From: Gemmatimonadota bacterium
GTDB lineage: Bacteria > Gemmatimonadota > Gemmatimonadetes > Gemmatimonadales > GWC2-71-9
Assembly: GCA_029863245.1 (NCBI GenBank)
Contig: JAOTVV010000002.1
Location: forward strand, 192,242 to 256,241
DNA length: 64,000 nt
Direction of reading: 5' to 3'
The position numbers and the translations under genes were made by a program. The notes beneath the pieces were generated by a model that saw nothing but the letters and a program-made list of their open reading frames with translations, searched no databases and was not told the DNA's origin. This document shows positions 49,472 to 58,637 of the stretch, in pieces. How positions within the stretch are numbered: position 1 is the first letter of the stretch; every line of letters starts with the position of its first letter.

Positions 49472-50898
49472 AGTCCATCCGCTGGCTGCCGCTGGTCATC
49501 GGTCCCGCGCTGTGTGTCGGTGCCGTGGTCGTCCCTGCCCCCACCGGCATCACCGAGCCGGCGTGGCGCGTCGCCGGCGCAGCGAGCTGGATGGCCGTGT
49601 GGTGGCTCACCGCCGTTGTGCCGCTCGAGGCGACGTCGTTGCTCCCGATCGTGCTCCTCCCCGTCTTGCGTATCTCACCCGTGGGAGACGTGACACCCGC
49701 ATACGCCGACCCGATCATCTTCTTGTTCATGGGGGGCTTCTTCCTCGCAGCGACCCTGGAGCGGTGGGGACTGCACAAGCGGTTTGCGCTGGCCACGGTG
49801 CGCGCCATCGGGACCAGCGCCCCGAAGGTGGTGCTCGCGTTCATGATCGCGTCCGGCGTGGCGAGCATGTGGATCTCGAACACGGCCACCGCGGTCATGA
49901 TGTTGCCGATTGCCATGGCGGTAGTCGGAGCGAAGGGACAGGACTCCCCGCACGACGGATTCCCCACGGCGCTCCTGCTCGGCATTGCATACGGCGCGTC
50001 AATCGGAGGCGTCGCTACGCTGATCGGCACACCGCCCAATGCGATTTTTGCCGGCGCGGCCCGCGAGCTCCTGGGCATCGACGTGGGCTTCGCGGAGTGG
50101 ATGGCCATCGGTGTCCCCATCGCCATCCCGATGATGCTCGGGTGCTGGCTGCTGCTCGTGTGGATGTTCCAGGTGCGCGGCACGATTCCGGGGTTGGCAG
50201 CCGAAGTCGACCGCGAGCACGCCGACCTCGGTCCCATGCGAGGCGGCGAGCGCTTCGTGTTGTTCGTCTTCTTCTTCACGGCTGCCGCATGGATCCTGCG
50301 CTCGCCCAAGCTCATTGGCTCGGTACACATACCAGGCCTCGCCGACCTGGTCCCCGGGATCTCCGACGCCTCCATCGCGATCGGCGCAGCACTGGTGTTG
50401 TTCGTGGTGCCGCTCTGGCGCCAGCGGTTTGCCACCGCACTCGATTGGCAGACCGCGCGGCGCATCCCGTGGGGCGTGCTGCTGCTGTTCGGCGGCGGCC
50501 TCGCGCTCGCCCGGGCGTTCGAGGTATCGGGCCTCACGGAATGGCTCGGTGGCCAACTGGTCGGGCTGCGCGGTGTCCCCTTCCCAATTGTCATTGGCAC
50601 CACGGCCCTGCTGTTCGTCTTTCTCACCGAGCTCACCAGCAACACGGCCACGGCGGCGATCGGCATGCCGCTCATGGCGGGGGTGGCCGAGGGACTCGGC
50701 GTGGCGGCGCTTCCGCTCTTGACCACGGCCGCCCTGGCGGCCTCCATGGCGTTCATGCTGCCGGTAGCGACACCGCCCAATGCGATCGTGTTTGGCTCGG
50801 GTGCCGTGTCGCCGCGCGAGATGGCGCGGGCTGGACTACGGCTCAACTTTCTCTCGGTGACTATTATTACCGTGGTCCTGTGGCTGCGACTGGCGTGA
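49468..50898 (+). CDS. DASS/SLC13 family di-/tricarboxylate (anion):cation symporter
   Basis: ORF 49213..50898 trimmed to the GTG at 49468 (GTGA overlap). About 12 TM, with two hairpin motifs: SNTAT (twice) and GTPPNAI / ATPPNAIVFGSG. Confidence 0.85.
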   Translation: MKSIRWLPLVIGPALCVGAVVVPAPTGITEPAWRVAGAASWMAVWWLTAVVPLEATSLLPIVLLPVLRISPVGDVTPAYADPIIFLFMGGFFLAATLERWGLHKRFALATVRAIGTSAPKVVLAFMIASGVASMWISNTATAVMMLPIAMAVVGAKGQDSPHDGFPTALLLGIAYGASIGGVATLIGTPPNAIFAGAARELLGIDVGFAEWMAIGVPIAIPMMLGCWLLLVWMFQVRGTIPGLAAEVDREHADLGPMRGGERFVLFVFFFTAAAWILRSPKLIGSVHIPGLADLVPGISDASIAIGAALVLFVVPLWRQRFATALDWQTARRIPWGVLLLFGGGLALARAFEVSGLTEWLGGQLVGLRGVPFPIVIGTTALLFVFLTELTSNTATAAIGMPLMAGVAEGLGVAALPLLTTAALAASMAFMLPVATPPNAIVFGSGAVSPREMARAGLRLNFLSVTIITVVLWLRLA

Positions 50899-50932
50899 CA
50901 GCCCTGAGCATGAACCGTGTGGAGCACCGGAG

Positions 50933-51310
50933 ATGACAGCAGATCGCCTGTTGGTTGCGCTGGGAAGTGTGTCCGCGCTCTCGAGCGTGGCTGCCGGGGC
51001 GTTCGGTGCCCACGCGCTGCGGACCCGCCTCTCGGCCGATCTCCTCGAAGTTTTCGAAACGGCGGCGCGCTATCAGATGTATCACGCCCTGGCGATCTTC
51101 GTGGTGGTGTACGCCCACGGTCGGTGGGCCGGCGGCACGCTGGCAGCGGGGTGGCTCTTCGTCGCCGGAACGGTCATCTTCTCGGGGAGCCTGTATGCGT
51201 TGGCGTTGACCGGCACTCGGTGGCTCGGTGCCGTGACCCCGGTGGGCGGCGTGTGCTTCCTCGCCGGATGGACGGTGTTGGCGTGGTCGGTGCTCACTGC
51301 GCGACCCTGA
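50933..51310 (+). CDS. DUF423 (YgdD-like) membrane protein
   Basis: 125 aa, 4 TM: AAGAFGAHAL...A.RYQMYHALA...GSLY.LAL. Confidence 0.8.
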   Translation: MTADRLLVALGSVSALSSVAAGAFGAHALRTRLSADLLEVFETAARYQMYHALAIFVVVYAHGRWAGGTLAAGWLFVAGTVIFSGSLYALALTGTRWLGAVTPVGGVCFLAGWTVLAWSVLTARP

Positions 51311-51454
51311 ATACCTGCGCTCCCCCCCAAATGCTACGGCCGTGTTGACGGTGACTGTGGAGGGGTGGGGTCACGACGGTCGAGGAGCCGGCCAACAGCT
51401 TCAGAGTGTTCAGCCTCGGCCTGGGTGTGGACGGGACACGCGGGATGTGACAGC

Positions 51455-52294
51455 ATGCGTATGACGGTCTACTTGAACGGCGCCTACCTGCCCAAGGAAG
51501 AGGCGCACCTTTCCCCCGACGATCGCGGATTCCTGTTTGCGGACGGCATCTACGAGGTCGTGCGGAGCTACGGCGGGACCCTATTCGGCCTGGAACCGCA
51601 CCTCGACCGGATGGCCGACGGCCTCGCGGCCCTGCGCATTACCGGGGTCGACGTCGCCGAGCTGGCCACGGTCTGCCATGAGTTGCTCAAGCGGAATGAG
51701 CTCGACCGCAGCGACGCGCTCGTCTATCTGCAGATTACGCGAGGGGCGGCACCGCGTACGCACTTCTTCCCCGATCCACCGACCTCGCCCACTGTATACG
51801 CCACCACGATGCGGTTTCAGCCCAAGGGGGACCCCGCGTTGGGCGTGAAGGTGATTACCGCACCGGACCAGCGGTGGACGCGCTGCGACATCAAGTCGGT
51901 CGCGCTCTTGCCCAACTGCCTCGCCGCACAGACAGCGCGAGAGGCCGGAGTCTCCGAGGCGCTCCTGGTCCGCGACGGCGTCGTCCTCGAGGGAACGCAC
52001 ACCAGCTTCCTTGCCGTGATCGACGGCGTGGTGAGAACGGCCCCACTCTCCAACTACATCTTGCCCAGCATTACGCGGCAAGCAGCGCTGGATCTGTGCG
52101 AGCGCCACGGCATTCCGGCACTTCCCGCTCCGGTGTTCCTGCACGACCTCGCGGCAGCAGACGAGCTGTTCCTCGCCGGAACCACCATGGAGATCATGCC
52201 CATCGTCGAGGTGGACGGCCACCCCGTTGGCAGCGGAAACCCAGGCCCCGTGGCGGCGCGCCTCCTCGCGTTGTTCAGGAAACTCACCGGGTGA
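51455..52294 (+). CDS. class IV aminotransferase (D-amino-acid / branched-chain type)
   Basis: ORF 51365..52294 trimmed to the ATG at 51455. DRGFLFADGIYEVVRSY, catalytic Lys in CDIKSVALLPN, EGTHTSF, ITR. Confidence 0.88.
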   Translation: MRMTVYLNGAYLPKEEAHLSPDDRGFLFADGIYEVVRSYGGTLFGLEPHLDRMADGLAALRITGVDVAELATVCHELLKRNELDRSDALVYLQITRGAAPRTHFFPDPPTSPTVYATTMRFQPKGDPALGVKVITAPDQRWTRCDIKSVALLPNCLAAQTAREAGVSEALLVRDGVVLEGTHTSFLAVIDGVVRTAPLSNYILPSITRQAALDLCERHGIPALPAPVFLHDLAAADELFLAGTTMEIMPIVEVDGHPVGSGNPGPVAARLLALFRKLTG

Positions 52295-52333
52295 CTGGAA
52301 CCCGTTTGCTCGTCGTGTCGTAGTGGCAACTGC

Positions 52334-52813
52334 ATGAGTCGTCTCGAGCGCTGCGAACGCTGCGGTCATTCGCTCGACCTTCTTCGGAAGCCGCTCCGGC
52401 GCCTCCGGTGGAGCCGTTACTGGTGGGAAGGAGCGAAGAGCCTGCTCACCGGTCCGCTCTGGGTGTGTTCTCAGTGCGGCGCCATGTACTCCACTGAGGG
52501 CGACTTGGTTGCCGCTGGAGCCATCGAGACGGATGCCGAACGTCGACTCGACGTGTATCGCAAGGACATGGCCTACCTGCGGGACAGTTTCGGAGGGCTG
52601 ATCATTGCCGCCGAGTTGGTCGCGCTCTGGCTGGGGCTGGGGCCGTCAGGGGCAGATATCCTGCAGGTGGTGATCGCGGGATCCGTGGGCGCCGTCTCGT
52701 TCGTGCCGTTCACCTACTTCGGACAGAAGGCCAGGACCGCCAAGCGGGATCTCAAGCGGCTCAGGCAGGCTCGGCGCTCGGGCGAGATCCTCCGCTCAGG
52801 AACGACGCCGTAG
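52334..52813 (+). CDS. hypothetical zinc-ribbon membrane protein
   Basis: 159 aa. CERCG-x33-CSQCG, then two TM segments and a basic tail. Confidence 0.5.
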   Translation: MSRLERCERCGHSLDLLRKPLRRLRWSRYWWEGAKSLLTGPLWVCSQCGAMYSTEGDLVAAGAIETDAERRLDVYRKDMAYLRDSFGGLIIAAELVALWLGLGPSGADILQVVIAGSVGAVSFVPFTYFGQKARTAKRDLKRLRQARRSGEILRSGTTP

Positions 52814-52845
52814 CCGGTCCCGTCACGAATTCGGTAGCTAGAGAA

Positions 52846-52872
52846 AGAGCGGCGGAATCGATCCGCCGCTCT
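52846..52872. terminator. bidirectional intrinsic terminator (hypothetical gene / rpmA)
   Basis: 11-bp stem AGAGCGGCGGA-atcga-TCCGCCGCTCT, with TTTCTCT after it on the minus strand and TCGCGTATT on the plus strand. Confidence 0.65.
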
Positions 52873-52907
52873 TCGCGTATTGGAGAGGCACGTCGGAGCC
52901 CGACGCC

Positions 52908-53177
52908 TCAGGACGCGGCCGCCTCCAGTGGATACACGCTCACGCGCATACGCCGCTTGTCCTGGTGCTCGAACTTCACCACGCCATCGACCACGCTGAA
53001 CAGGGTATCGTCCCTCCCGCGGCGCACGTTGCGACCCGGATGGACCTTGGTACCGCGCTGGCGGATCAGGATATTCCCTGCCCGCACGTGCTCGCCACCG
53101 AAGCGCTTCACGCCGAGGTACTTGGGCTGCGAGTCCCGGCCATTGCGGCTCGATCCGACGCCCTTCTTATGAGCCAT
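52908..53177 (-). CDS. rpmA: 50S ribosomal protein L27
   Basis: 89 aa: [25 protein letters not shown]. Confidence 0.97.
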   Translation of the reverse strand: MAHKKGVGSSRNGRDSQPKYLGVKRFGGEHVRAGNILIRQRGTKVHPGRNVRRGRDDTLFSVVDGVVKFEHQDKRRMRVSVYPLEAAAS

Positions 53178-53183
53178 GGTCGC

Positions 53184-53498
53184 TCACCCCTTCACATCCG
53201 TGATCCGAATCTCCGTGAAATCCTGCCGATGCCCGGTCTTCTTCCGGTAGTTCTTCCGCCGCTTGAACCGGAACACGATGATCTTCTTGTCTCGGGCATG
53301 GCGGACGATCTCGCCCACCACCTTGGCACCCTTCACGACGGGCGCGCCGGCCTTCACCGTATCGTCACGTGAGGAGAGCAGCACTTCGTCGAACGTGACC
53401 TTGTCTCCAGGTTCTCCCTGGAGCCGCGGCACCCGCAGCATCGCGCCCTTTTCGGCCCGAAACTGCTGGCCGGCAGCCTTGAAAATCGCGTAGGTCAT
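53184..53498 (-). CDS. rplU: 50S ribosomal protein L21
   Basis: 104 aa: MYAIF..GG.Q pattern (MTYAIFKAAGQQF), ...FRFKRRKNYRKK.GHRQ. Confidence 0.95.
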   Translation of the reverse strand: MTYAIFKAAGQQFRAEKGAMLRVPRLQGEPGDKVTFDEVLLSSRDDTVKAGAPVVKGAKVVGEIVRHARDKKIIVFRFKRRKNYRKKTGHRQDFTEIRITDVKG

Positions 53499-53625
53499 AG
53501 ACGACGAAGGTTATATGAGCGTTGAAGTTGGGTCAAGTGGCCCGCGACCCTCCCAAATCCTCCACATCCCGACCCCACCAGACCCTACACCCTGCACGCC
53601 GCACCGTGCTCGCTGCTCGCGCCGT

Positions 53626-55155
53626 TCAGGCCACCGCATAATGCTGCGTGACGTCCCGTCCCGCCGGCTGCGCCATCAACCGGAACTGGTCGACCTGGAT
53701 GATCGGATCGTCCCGCAGCTCCAAATCCATGCCGGTTTCCTTGATCCGCTGCTTCAAGAACAAGGGCTCCACTTCCATCAGGTACAGCGCCACCTCCGGA
53801 TGGACACGCACCGTGAGCCGCGTCTCCTTCCGCTCGGCCGCAACCCGCCGCAGCGCCCGTTCCAGCCGCCGCACGACCACGCCGGGGCGGAACACCCGCC
53901 CCACACCATCACACGCCGGGCACGGACCCGCCATCGTGTCAAACAGCGACGGCCGAACCCGCTGCCGCGTCATCTCCACCAGGCCAAGCTCCGACAGGTG
54001 AAAAGCCCTGGTCCGCGCCCGGTCGCGAGCGAGGTGCGATCGCAACTCGTGCATCACCTTGTCGCGGTTCTCCGCCACGTCCATGTCGATGAAGTCGATA
54101 ACGATGATGCCGCCGAGGTCGCGGAGCCGGACCTGCCGCGCGATCTCGCGAGTCGCCTCCATGTTGGTGCGGAGAATCGTCTTCTCCGGGTCCTTCTGCC
54201 CCGTGTACCGCCCGGTGTTCACATCGATCGAGACCAGCGCCTCGGTGGGCTCGATGATCACGTACCCACCGGTCGGCAGGTCGACGCGCCGGTCGAACAG
54301 GCTCTGGATCTCGGTCTCGATATCGAACTCGTCGAACAGCGGCTCGGACCCCTTGGCCAAGCTCAGGCGATCGATCAGCTCCGGCTCCACATTCCGCAGA
54401 TACCCCTTGATCTCCTTCAGGAGCTCCTTGGAATCCACGATCACCCGATCGACTTTGTCACTGAAGACGTCACGAATGATGCCGCTGGTGAGCGACGTTT
54501 CCCGATAGACGGGCGCGGGAGCTTTCAGCCGAACGAAGTGCGCTTTCCGCTTGATCTTCTTCCACTGATCCAACAGGGACTTCAGTTCGACCTTGACCTT
54601 CTTGTCCGTCAGGTCTTCGGCGACGGTGCGTACGATGACGCCGCCGGAGTCCTTCGGGAGCAGCCCACCGACCATCTCGCGCAGGCGCTGCCGCTCCTCC
54701 CGTGCACCGATCTTGCGGCTGACCCCGATCTTGGAGGCATACGGCATGTAGACCAGGAACCGGCCAGCCAGGGAGATCTGCCGGGTGACACGTGGGCCCT
54801 TGGTTCCGATGGGCTCCTTGGTCACCTGTACCAGCAGGGACTCGCCCCGCTTCATATGATCCTGGATGTTGGGGAGCCGGCGCCCGTTGCGGCGCGGGCG
54901 GCCGTTCTCGTCCTCGTCGTCCTCGTCCGGTTCGATCAGGTCGGAGGCATGGAGGAACGCGGACTTGCCCGTCCCGATGTCCACGAACGCCGCCTGCATT
55001 CCCGGCAGGACGGCCTCGACCTTCCCTAGATAGATGTTTCCGACCGTGCGCCGGATGTCCGGACGGTCATGAAGGACTTCGACGAGGCGATCGTCCTCCA
55101 GAATGGCCACGCGCGTTTCGCGCGGGCCGGCATTGATGAGAATTTCGCGTTTCAA
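53626..55155 (-). CDS. rng: ribonuclease G / E family endoribonuclease
   Basis: 509 aa. N-terminal S1 domain (GNIYLGKVEAVLPGMQAAFVDIG), DNase-I-like IVIDFIDM, and the Zn-link CPACDGVG. Confidence 0.92.
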   Translation of the reverse strand: MKREILINAGPRETRVAILEDDRLVEVLHDRPDIRRTVGNIYLGKVEAVLPGMQAAFVDIGTGKSAFLHASDLIEPDEDDEDENGRPRRNGRRLPNIQDHMKRGESLLVQVTKEPIGTKGPRVTRQISLAGRFLVYMPYASKIGVSRKIGAREERQRLREMVGGLLPKDSGGVIVRTVAEDLTDKKVKVELKSLLDQWKKIKRKAHFVRLKAPAPVYRETSLTSGIIRDVFSDKVDRVIVDSKELLKEIKGYLRNVEPELIDRLSLAKGSEPLFDEFDIETEIQSLFDRRVDLPTGGYVIIEPTEALVSIDVNTGRYTGQKDPEKTILRTNMEATREIARQVRLRDLGGIIVIDFIDMDVAENRDKVMHELRSHLARDRARTRAFHLSELGLVEMTRQRVRPSLFDTMAGPCPACDGVGRVFRPGVVVRRLERALRRVAAERKETRLTVRVHPEVALYLMEVEPLFLKQRIKETGMDLELRDDPIIQVDQFRLMAQPAGRDVTQHYAVA

Positions 55156-55416
55156 ATGTTCCTACCTCGACCCGCGTGCCGAGGCCGTCGCGCGTCGTTC
55201 GCGCGGCGGCCGCCGTCACCCCGGGCCAATCAACAGTGTGAAGCCGACCATGACACCGATTCGTGCCAGGTCGGTCTATGGCTGTACTCCGAAAAGGACG
55301 CGTCCAGTTGCGCGCGCGAACCACTGGGAGGCTCGACCCTCCGGTGGCACCCGTCGCCCCATTGGGCGCGTCATTCACCTGACAGAGGTGAAGCACGTTG
55401 CGAAGCATGTTCTGGA

Positions 55417-55445
55417 ACTTTAAGCAATATAGAGAGTTACGTCAA
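55417..55445 (-). promoter_or_regulatory. putative promoter of rng with ~255-nt leader
   Basis: Minus strand reads TTGACG-N17-TAAAGT inside the only AT-rich patch of the 335-nt intergenic region. Confidence 0.35.
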
Positions 55446-55490
55446 CTGGTCGAGGATGGGTCCGGCCGGGGTGTTGGCTAGCCAGAGCCA

Positions 55491-55808
55491 CTAGGTCCCG
55501 GGCTTCGGGGCTGCATTCACGTACTGGATCCTGAGCTGGGTGAGCACCGATTCGAGCAGGTCCTGTTCCTCCTTCGAGAGGTTGCCCTTGGTCTTCCGCT
55601 CCAGCATGCCCAGAGTGTCGATCAGGTGTCGCGCGGTCTCCAGTCCCACCCGGCGGCGCTCCGCCAACTCGTCAGCGGAGACCGGCGCCTGTTCTCCCGC
55701 CCCACCGGACGGATCGGGGTTCTCACCTGGGTGCACTTGCGCCAGGGCCGTGGCGGCGCCGGCGGCGAGGCTCGCCACCAGGCTGCTGAAATCGGTGCTC
55801 GGCTTCAT
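55491..55808 (-). CDS. DUF1844 domain protein
   Basis: 105 aa. FSSLVASLA...A...L....L..A...IDTLGMLE.KTKGNL..EE..LLE..L..LR..YV pattern. Confidence 0.7.
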   Translation of the reverse strand: MKPSTDFSSLVASLAAGAATALAQVHPGENPDPSGGAGEQAPVSADELAERRRVGLETARHLIDTLGMLERKTKGNLSKEEQDLLESVLTQLRIQYVNAAPKPGT

Positions 55809-55818
55809 CGCTCCGCCC

Positions 55819-57051
55819 CTATCCCGTCACCGCCACCACATCGCCAAGCAACTCGCGCGCAATCACGATCCGCTGGATCTCGCTGGTCCCCTCGCCGATC
55901 TCCCCGACCTTGGCGTCGCGCATCATTCGCTCCACCGGATACTCGGTCGTGTATCCGTACCCCCCATGCAGCTGCACCGCCTTGATGGTGGCCCGCGTGG
56001 CCAGCTCCGACGCGAACAGCTTGGCCATGGCCGCCGCCTTCTTGTACGGCTTGCCGTTCTGCCGCAGCCATCCCGCGTAGTACACGAGGTGCCGCGCGGC
56101 CTCGATCTCGGTAGCCATGTCCGCCAGCGCGAAGTGCACCGCCTGAAACGATGCGATCGGTCGCCCGAATTGCTGCCGCTCGGCCGTGTACTTGAGGCAC
56201 TCGTCCAGCGCCCCTTGGGCTAGCCCGAGCGAGAGTGCGCCCACCCCGATACGTCCGTCGTCCAGTGTCTTGAGGAAGTTCACGAATCCCATCCCCGGTT
56301 CTCCGAGGACGTTCTCTTTCGGAACGATCGCTTCTTGGAGGATCAGCTCGCGGGTGTCCGAGGCTCTCCATCCGAGCTTGTCCTCTTTCTTTGCGGCTTT
56401 CACCCCCGGCGTCTTCGGCAGGTCCGGTGCGTGACCGATACCCACCGCGGTGCACGTATCCACGTCCACCGTGTCCTTGGTGACGATGAACGATGTGATG
56501 CCTCTGCCACTCCGCGCCGATGTGGGATCCGTGCGGGCCGTGACCACAAAGATCTCTCCCACGCCGGCATGCGTGATGAAGATCTTCGAGCCGGTGAGCA
56601 CGTAGTGGTCTCCCTTTTCGACGGCCACCGTCTGCGTCCCACCGGCGTCAGACCCGGCACCGGGCTCCGTCAACCCAAACCCGCCCAAGACGCGACCGCT
56701 GGCCAGCAGCGGCACGAACCGCTGCTTCTGCTCCTCCGTGCCGAAGTTCACGATCGGCGACGTTCCCAGCGTGGTGTGGGCCGACACGGTGATGGAGTGG
56801 CTGGCGTCGACCCGAGCGAGCTCCTCGACCACGATGACGTACGACAGGTAGTCCATGCCCGCCCCCTCCAGCTCGACCGGCCACGGCGCTCCCATGAACC
56901 CCAGCTCGCCCATCTGCTTCACGGTCGCCCAGGGGAACCGCGCTTCGCGATCGAGGTCACGCGCCACGGGGCGGATCTCACGTTCCGCAAAACCGCGGGC
57001 GATCTCTCGGACCTGGTGTTGCTGGTCGGTCAGATAGGGGATATCGATCAT
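55819..57051 (-). CDS. acyl-CoA dehydrogenase
   Basis: 410 aa: [10 protein letters not shown]...GSKIFIT...QFG.PI..FQ......DM......A...Y...GGYGY..EYP.ER..RDAK...I.EGT.EIQ. Confidence 0.93.
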   Translation of the reverse strand: MIDIPYLTDQQHQVREIARGFAEREIRPVARDLDREARFPWATVKQMGELGFMGAPWPVELEGAGMDYLSYVIVVEELARVDASHSITVSAHTTLGTSPIVNFGTEEQKQRFVPLLASGRVLGGFGLTEPGAGSDAGGTQTVAVEKGDHYVLTGSKIFITHAGVGEIFVVTARTDPTSARSGRGITSFIVTKDTVDVDTCTAVGIGHAPDLPKTPGVKAAKKEDKLGWRASDTRELILQEAIVPKENVLGEPGMGFVNFLKTLDDGRIGVGALSLGLAQGALDECLKYTAERQQFGRPIASFQAVHFALADMATEIEAARHLVYYAGWLRQNGKPYKKAAAMAKLFASELATRATIKAVQLHGGYGYTTEYPVERMMRDAKVGEIGEGTSEIQRIVIARELLGDVVAVTG

Positions 57052-57075
57052 GCAATGTCAGCCGACCGGACCGGC

Positions 57076-57612
57076 CTACTCCATTCCCTTCGGCTGTGAG
57101 AAGATCGCGGTCCAGATCATGGCGTCGCGCGCCGTCTTGGGTGTGAGGCGGTACAGGTGTCGCGCCCGCCTCGCGGACGGGTCCGCGACCGGCACGTCGG
57201 GGTACCGCTCGTGGAATGTCTTGTGGCTCGCCTCACCCGTCGCTTCCAGCGTCTCGAGTGATGCTGCCTCTTCGGTGAACACCTCCGCTTCCGGAGCCCC
57301 GAACTCGTACGGCTCGGGTTCCGGTTCCGGGACTCGCGTGACATCGGGCAGTTCCCCCTTCAATACGTCTCGGAGGAGGTCGGCAAGCGTCTCGGGCTGC
57401 CGCTGCGCTGTCGGTGGCGGCCGTTGCGTCGGGACTCGGGATCGAGTCGTCGGCGCGCCTGCGGCCGCGGTCGGCCGCGGCTGCGCCCGGACCTGGGGAC
57501 TCTTCTGCTGCGGACGCTGCTGCGGGCGCTGCGTCTTCTTCTTCTTCCCGGTCCCGAGCAGCCAAATCAGGATGAAGCCGACGAAGATGGCGAACTGGAC
57601 GAGATCTTCCAC
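57076..57612 (-). CDS. hypothetical membrane-anchored protein (third gene of the nfeD-floA operon)
   Basis: 178 aa, non-ATG start. One N-terminal TM, a KKKK stop-transfer, a long Pro/Gln/Arg-rich linker, and a conserved-looking C-terminus LTPKTARDAMIWTAIFSQPKG. Confidence 0.5.
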   Translation of the reverse strand: MEDLVQFAIFVGFILIWLLGTGKKKKTQRPQQRPQQKSPQVRAQPRPTAAAGAPTTRSRVPTQRPPPTAQRQPETLADLLRDVLKGELPDVTRVPEPEPEPYEFGAPEAEVFTEEAASLETLEATGEASHKTFHERYPDVPVADPSARRARHLYRLTPKTARDAMIWTAIFSQPKGME

Positions 57613-57615
57613 GGA

Positions 57616-58620
57616 CTAGTTCCCCGCCGGTTCCCCACCCTTGGTCTCACCCTTGGCGATACTGTTCCGCATCCCGGTGTCGCTCTCGATATTCTTGTAC
57701 CGCACGAAGTCCATCACGCCCAGCTGTCCCTTGCGGAACGCCTCGGCGATGGCGAGCGGCACTTGGGCCTCGGCCTCGACAACGCGGGCCCGCATCTCCT
57801 GCACCTTGGCCGTCATTTCCTGCTCCAGCGCGACGGCCATCGCGCGGCGCTCCTCCGCCTTGGCCTGGGCGATCCGCTTGTCGGCTTCCGCCTGGTCGGT
57901 CTGCAGCTCGGCGCCGATGTTCTTGCCCACGTCCACGTCGGCGATGTCGATGGACAGGATCTCGAATGCCGTACCGCTGTCGAGTCCCTTCGCCAACACG
58001 GTCTTCGAGATGTTGTCGGGATTCTCCAGCACCGCCTTGTGGGAGGTCGACGAGCCGATGGTCGAGACGATACCCTCACCGACACGCGCGAGGATGGTCT
58101 CCTCCCCTGCGCCACCGACCAGCCGCTCGATGTTGGCCCGCACGGTGACCCGCGCCAATGCGATGAGCTGAATGCCGTCCTTGGCCATCGCGGCGACCCG
58201 CGGGGTCTGAATCACCTTCGGCGTCACTGACACCTGGACCGCTTCGAACACATCCCGTCCCGCGAGATCGATGGCGGCCGCGCGCTGGAACCCCAGGTCG
58301 ATCCCGGCCTTGTCGGCCGAGATGAGCGCTTTGACGACCCGATCCACGTTGCCGCCGGCGAGGTAGTGCGCCTCGAGCGCGTCCACCTTGAGCACCAATC
58401 CCGCCATGGTGGCAGCGATGAGGGGCCGGACGACCGCCGCGGGATTCACCTTTCGGAGGCGCATACCCACCAGCGTGCCCAGTCCGATCCGCACGGTCGC
58501 CGCGGCCGCCTCGATCCACAGCCGGACGGGAATGAAATTGAGGAGGAGCATCAACAGCATCGCGCCGACGATGACGCTGATGATCACGATCCAAGAACCG
58601 AGCTGTGCAATTTCTGGCAT
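57616..58620 (-). CDS. floA: flotillin-like protein FloA (SPFH domain, UPF0365/YqfA)
   Basis: 334 aa: N-terminal membrane hairpin, ...[35 protein letters not shown]...V.PKVI. Confidence 0.9.
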   Translation of the reverse strand: MPEIAQLGSWIVIISVIVGAMLLMLLLNFIPVRLWIEAAAATVRIGLGTLVGMRLRKVNPAAVVRPLIAATMAGLVLKVDALEAHYLAGGNVDRVVKALISADKAGIDLGFQRAAAIDLAGRDVFEAVQVSVTPKVIQTPRVAAMAKDGIQLIALARVTVRANIERLVGGAGEETILARVGEGIVSTIGSSTSHKAVLENPDNISKTVLAKGLDSGTAFEILSIDIADVDVGKNIGAELQTDQAEADKRIAQAKAEERRAMAVALEQEMTAKVQEMRARVVEAEAQVPLAIAEAFRKGQLGVMDFVRYKNIESDTGMRNSIAKGETKGGEPAGN

Positions 58621-58637
58621 GGTCTATTCCTATTCCG

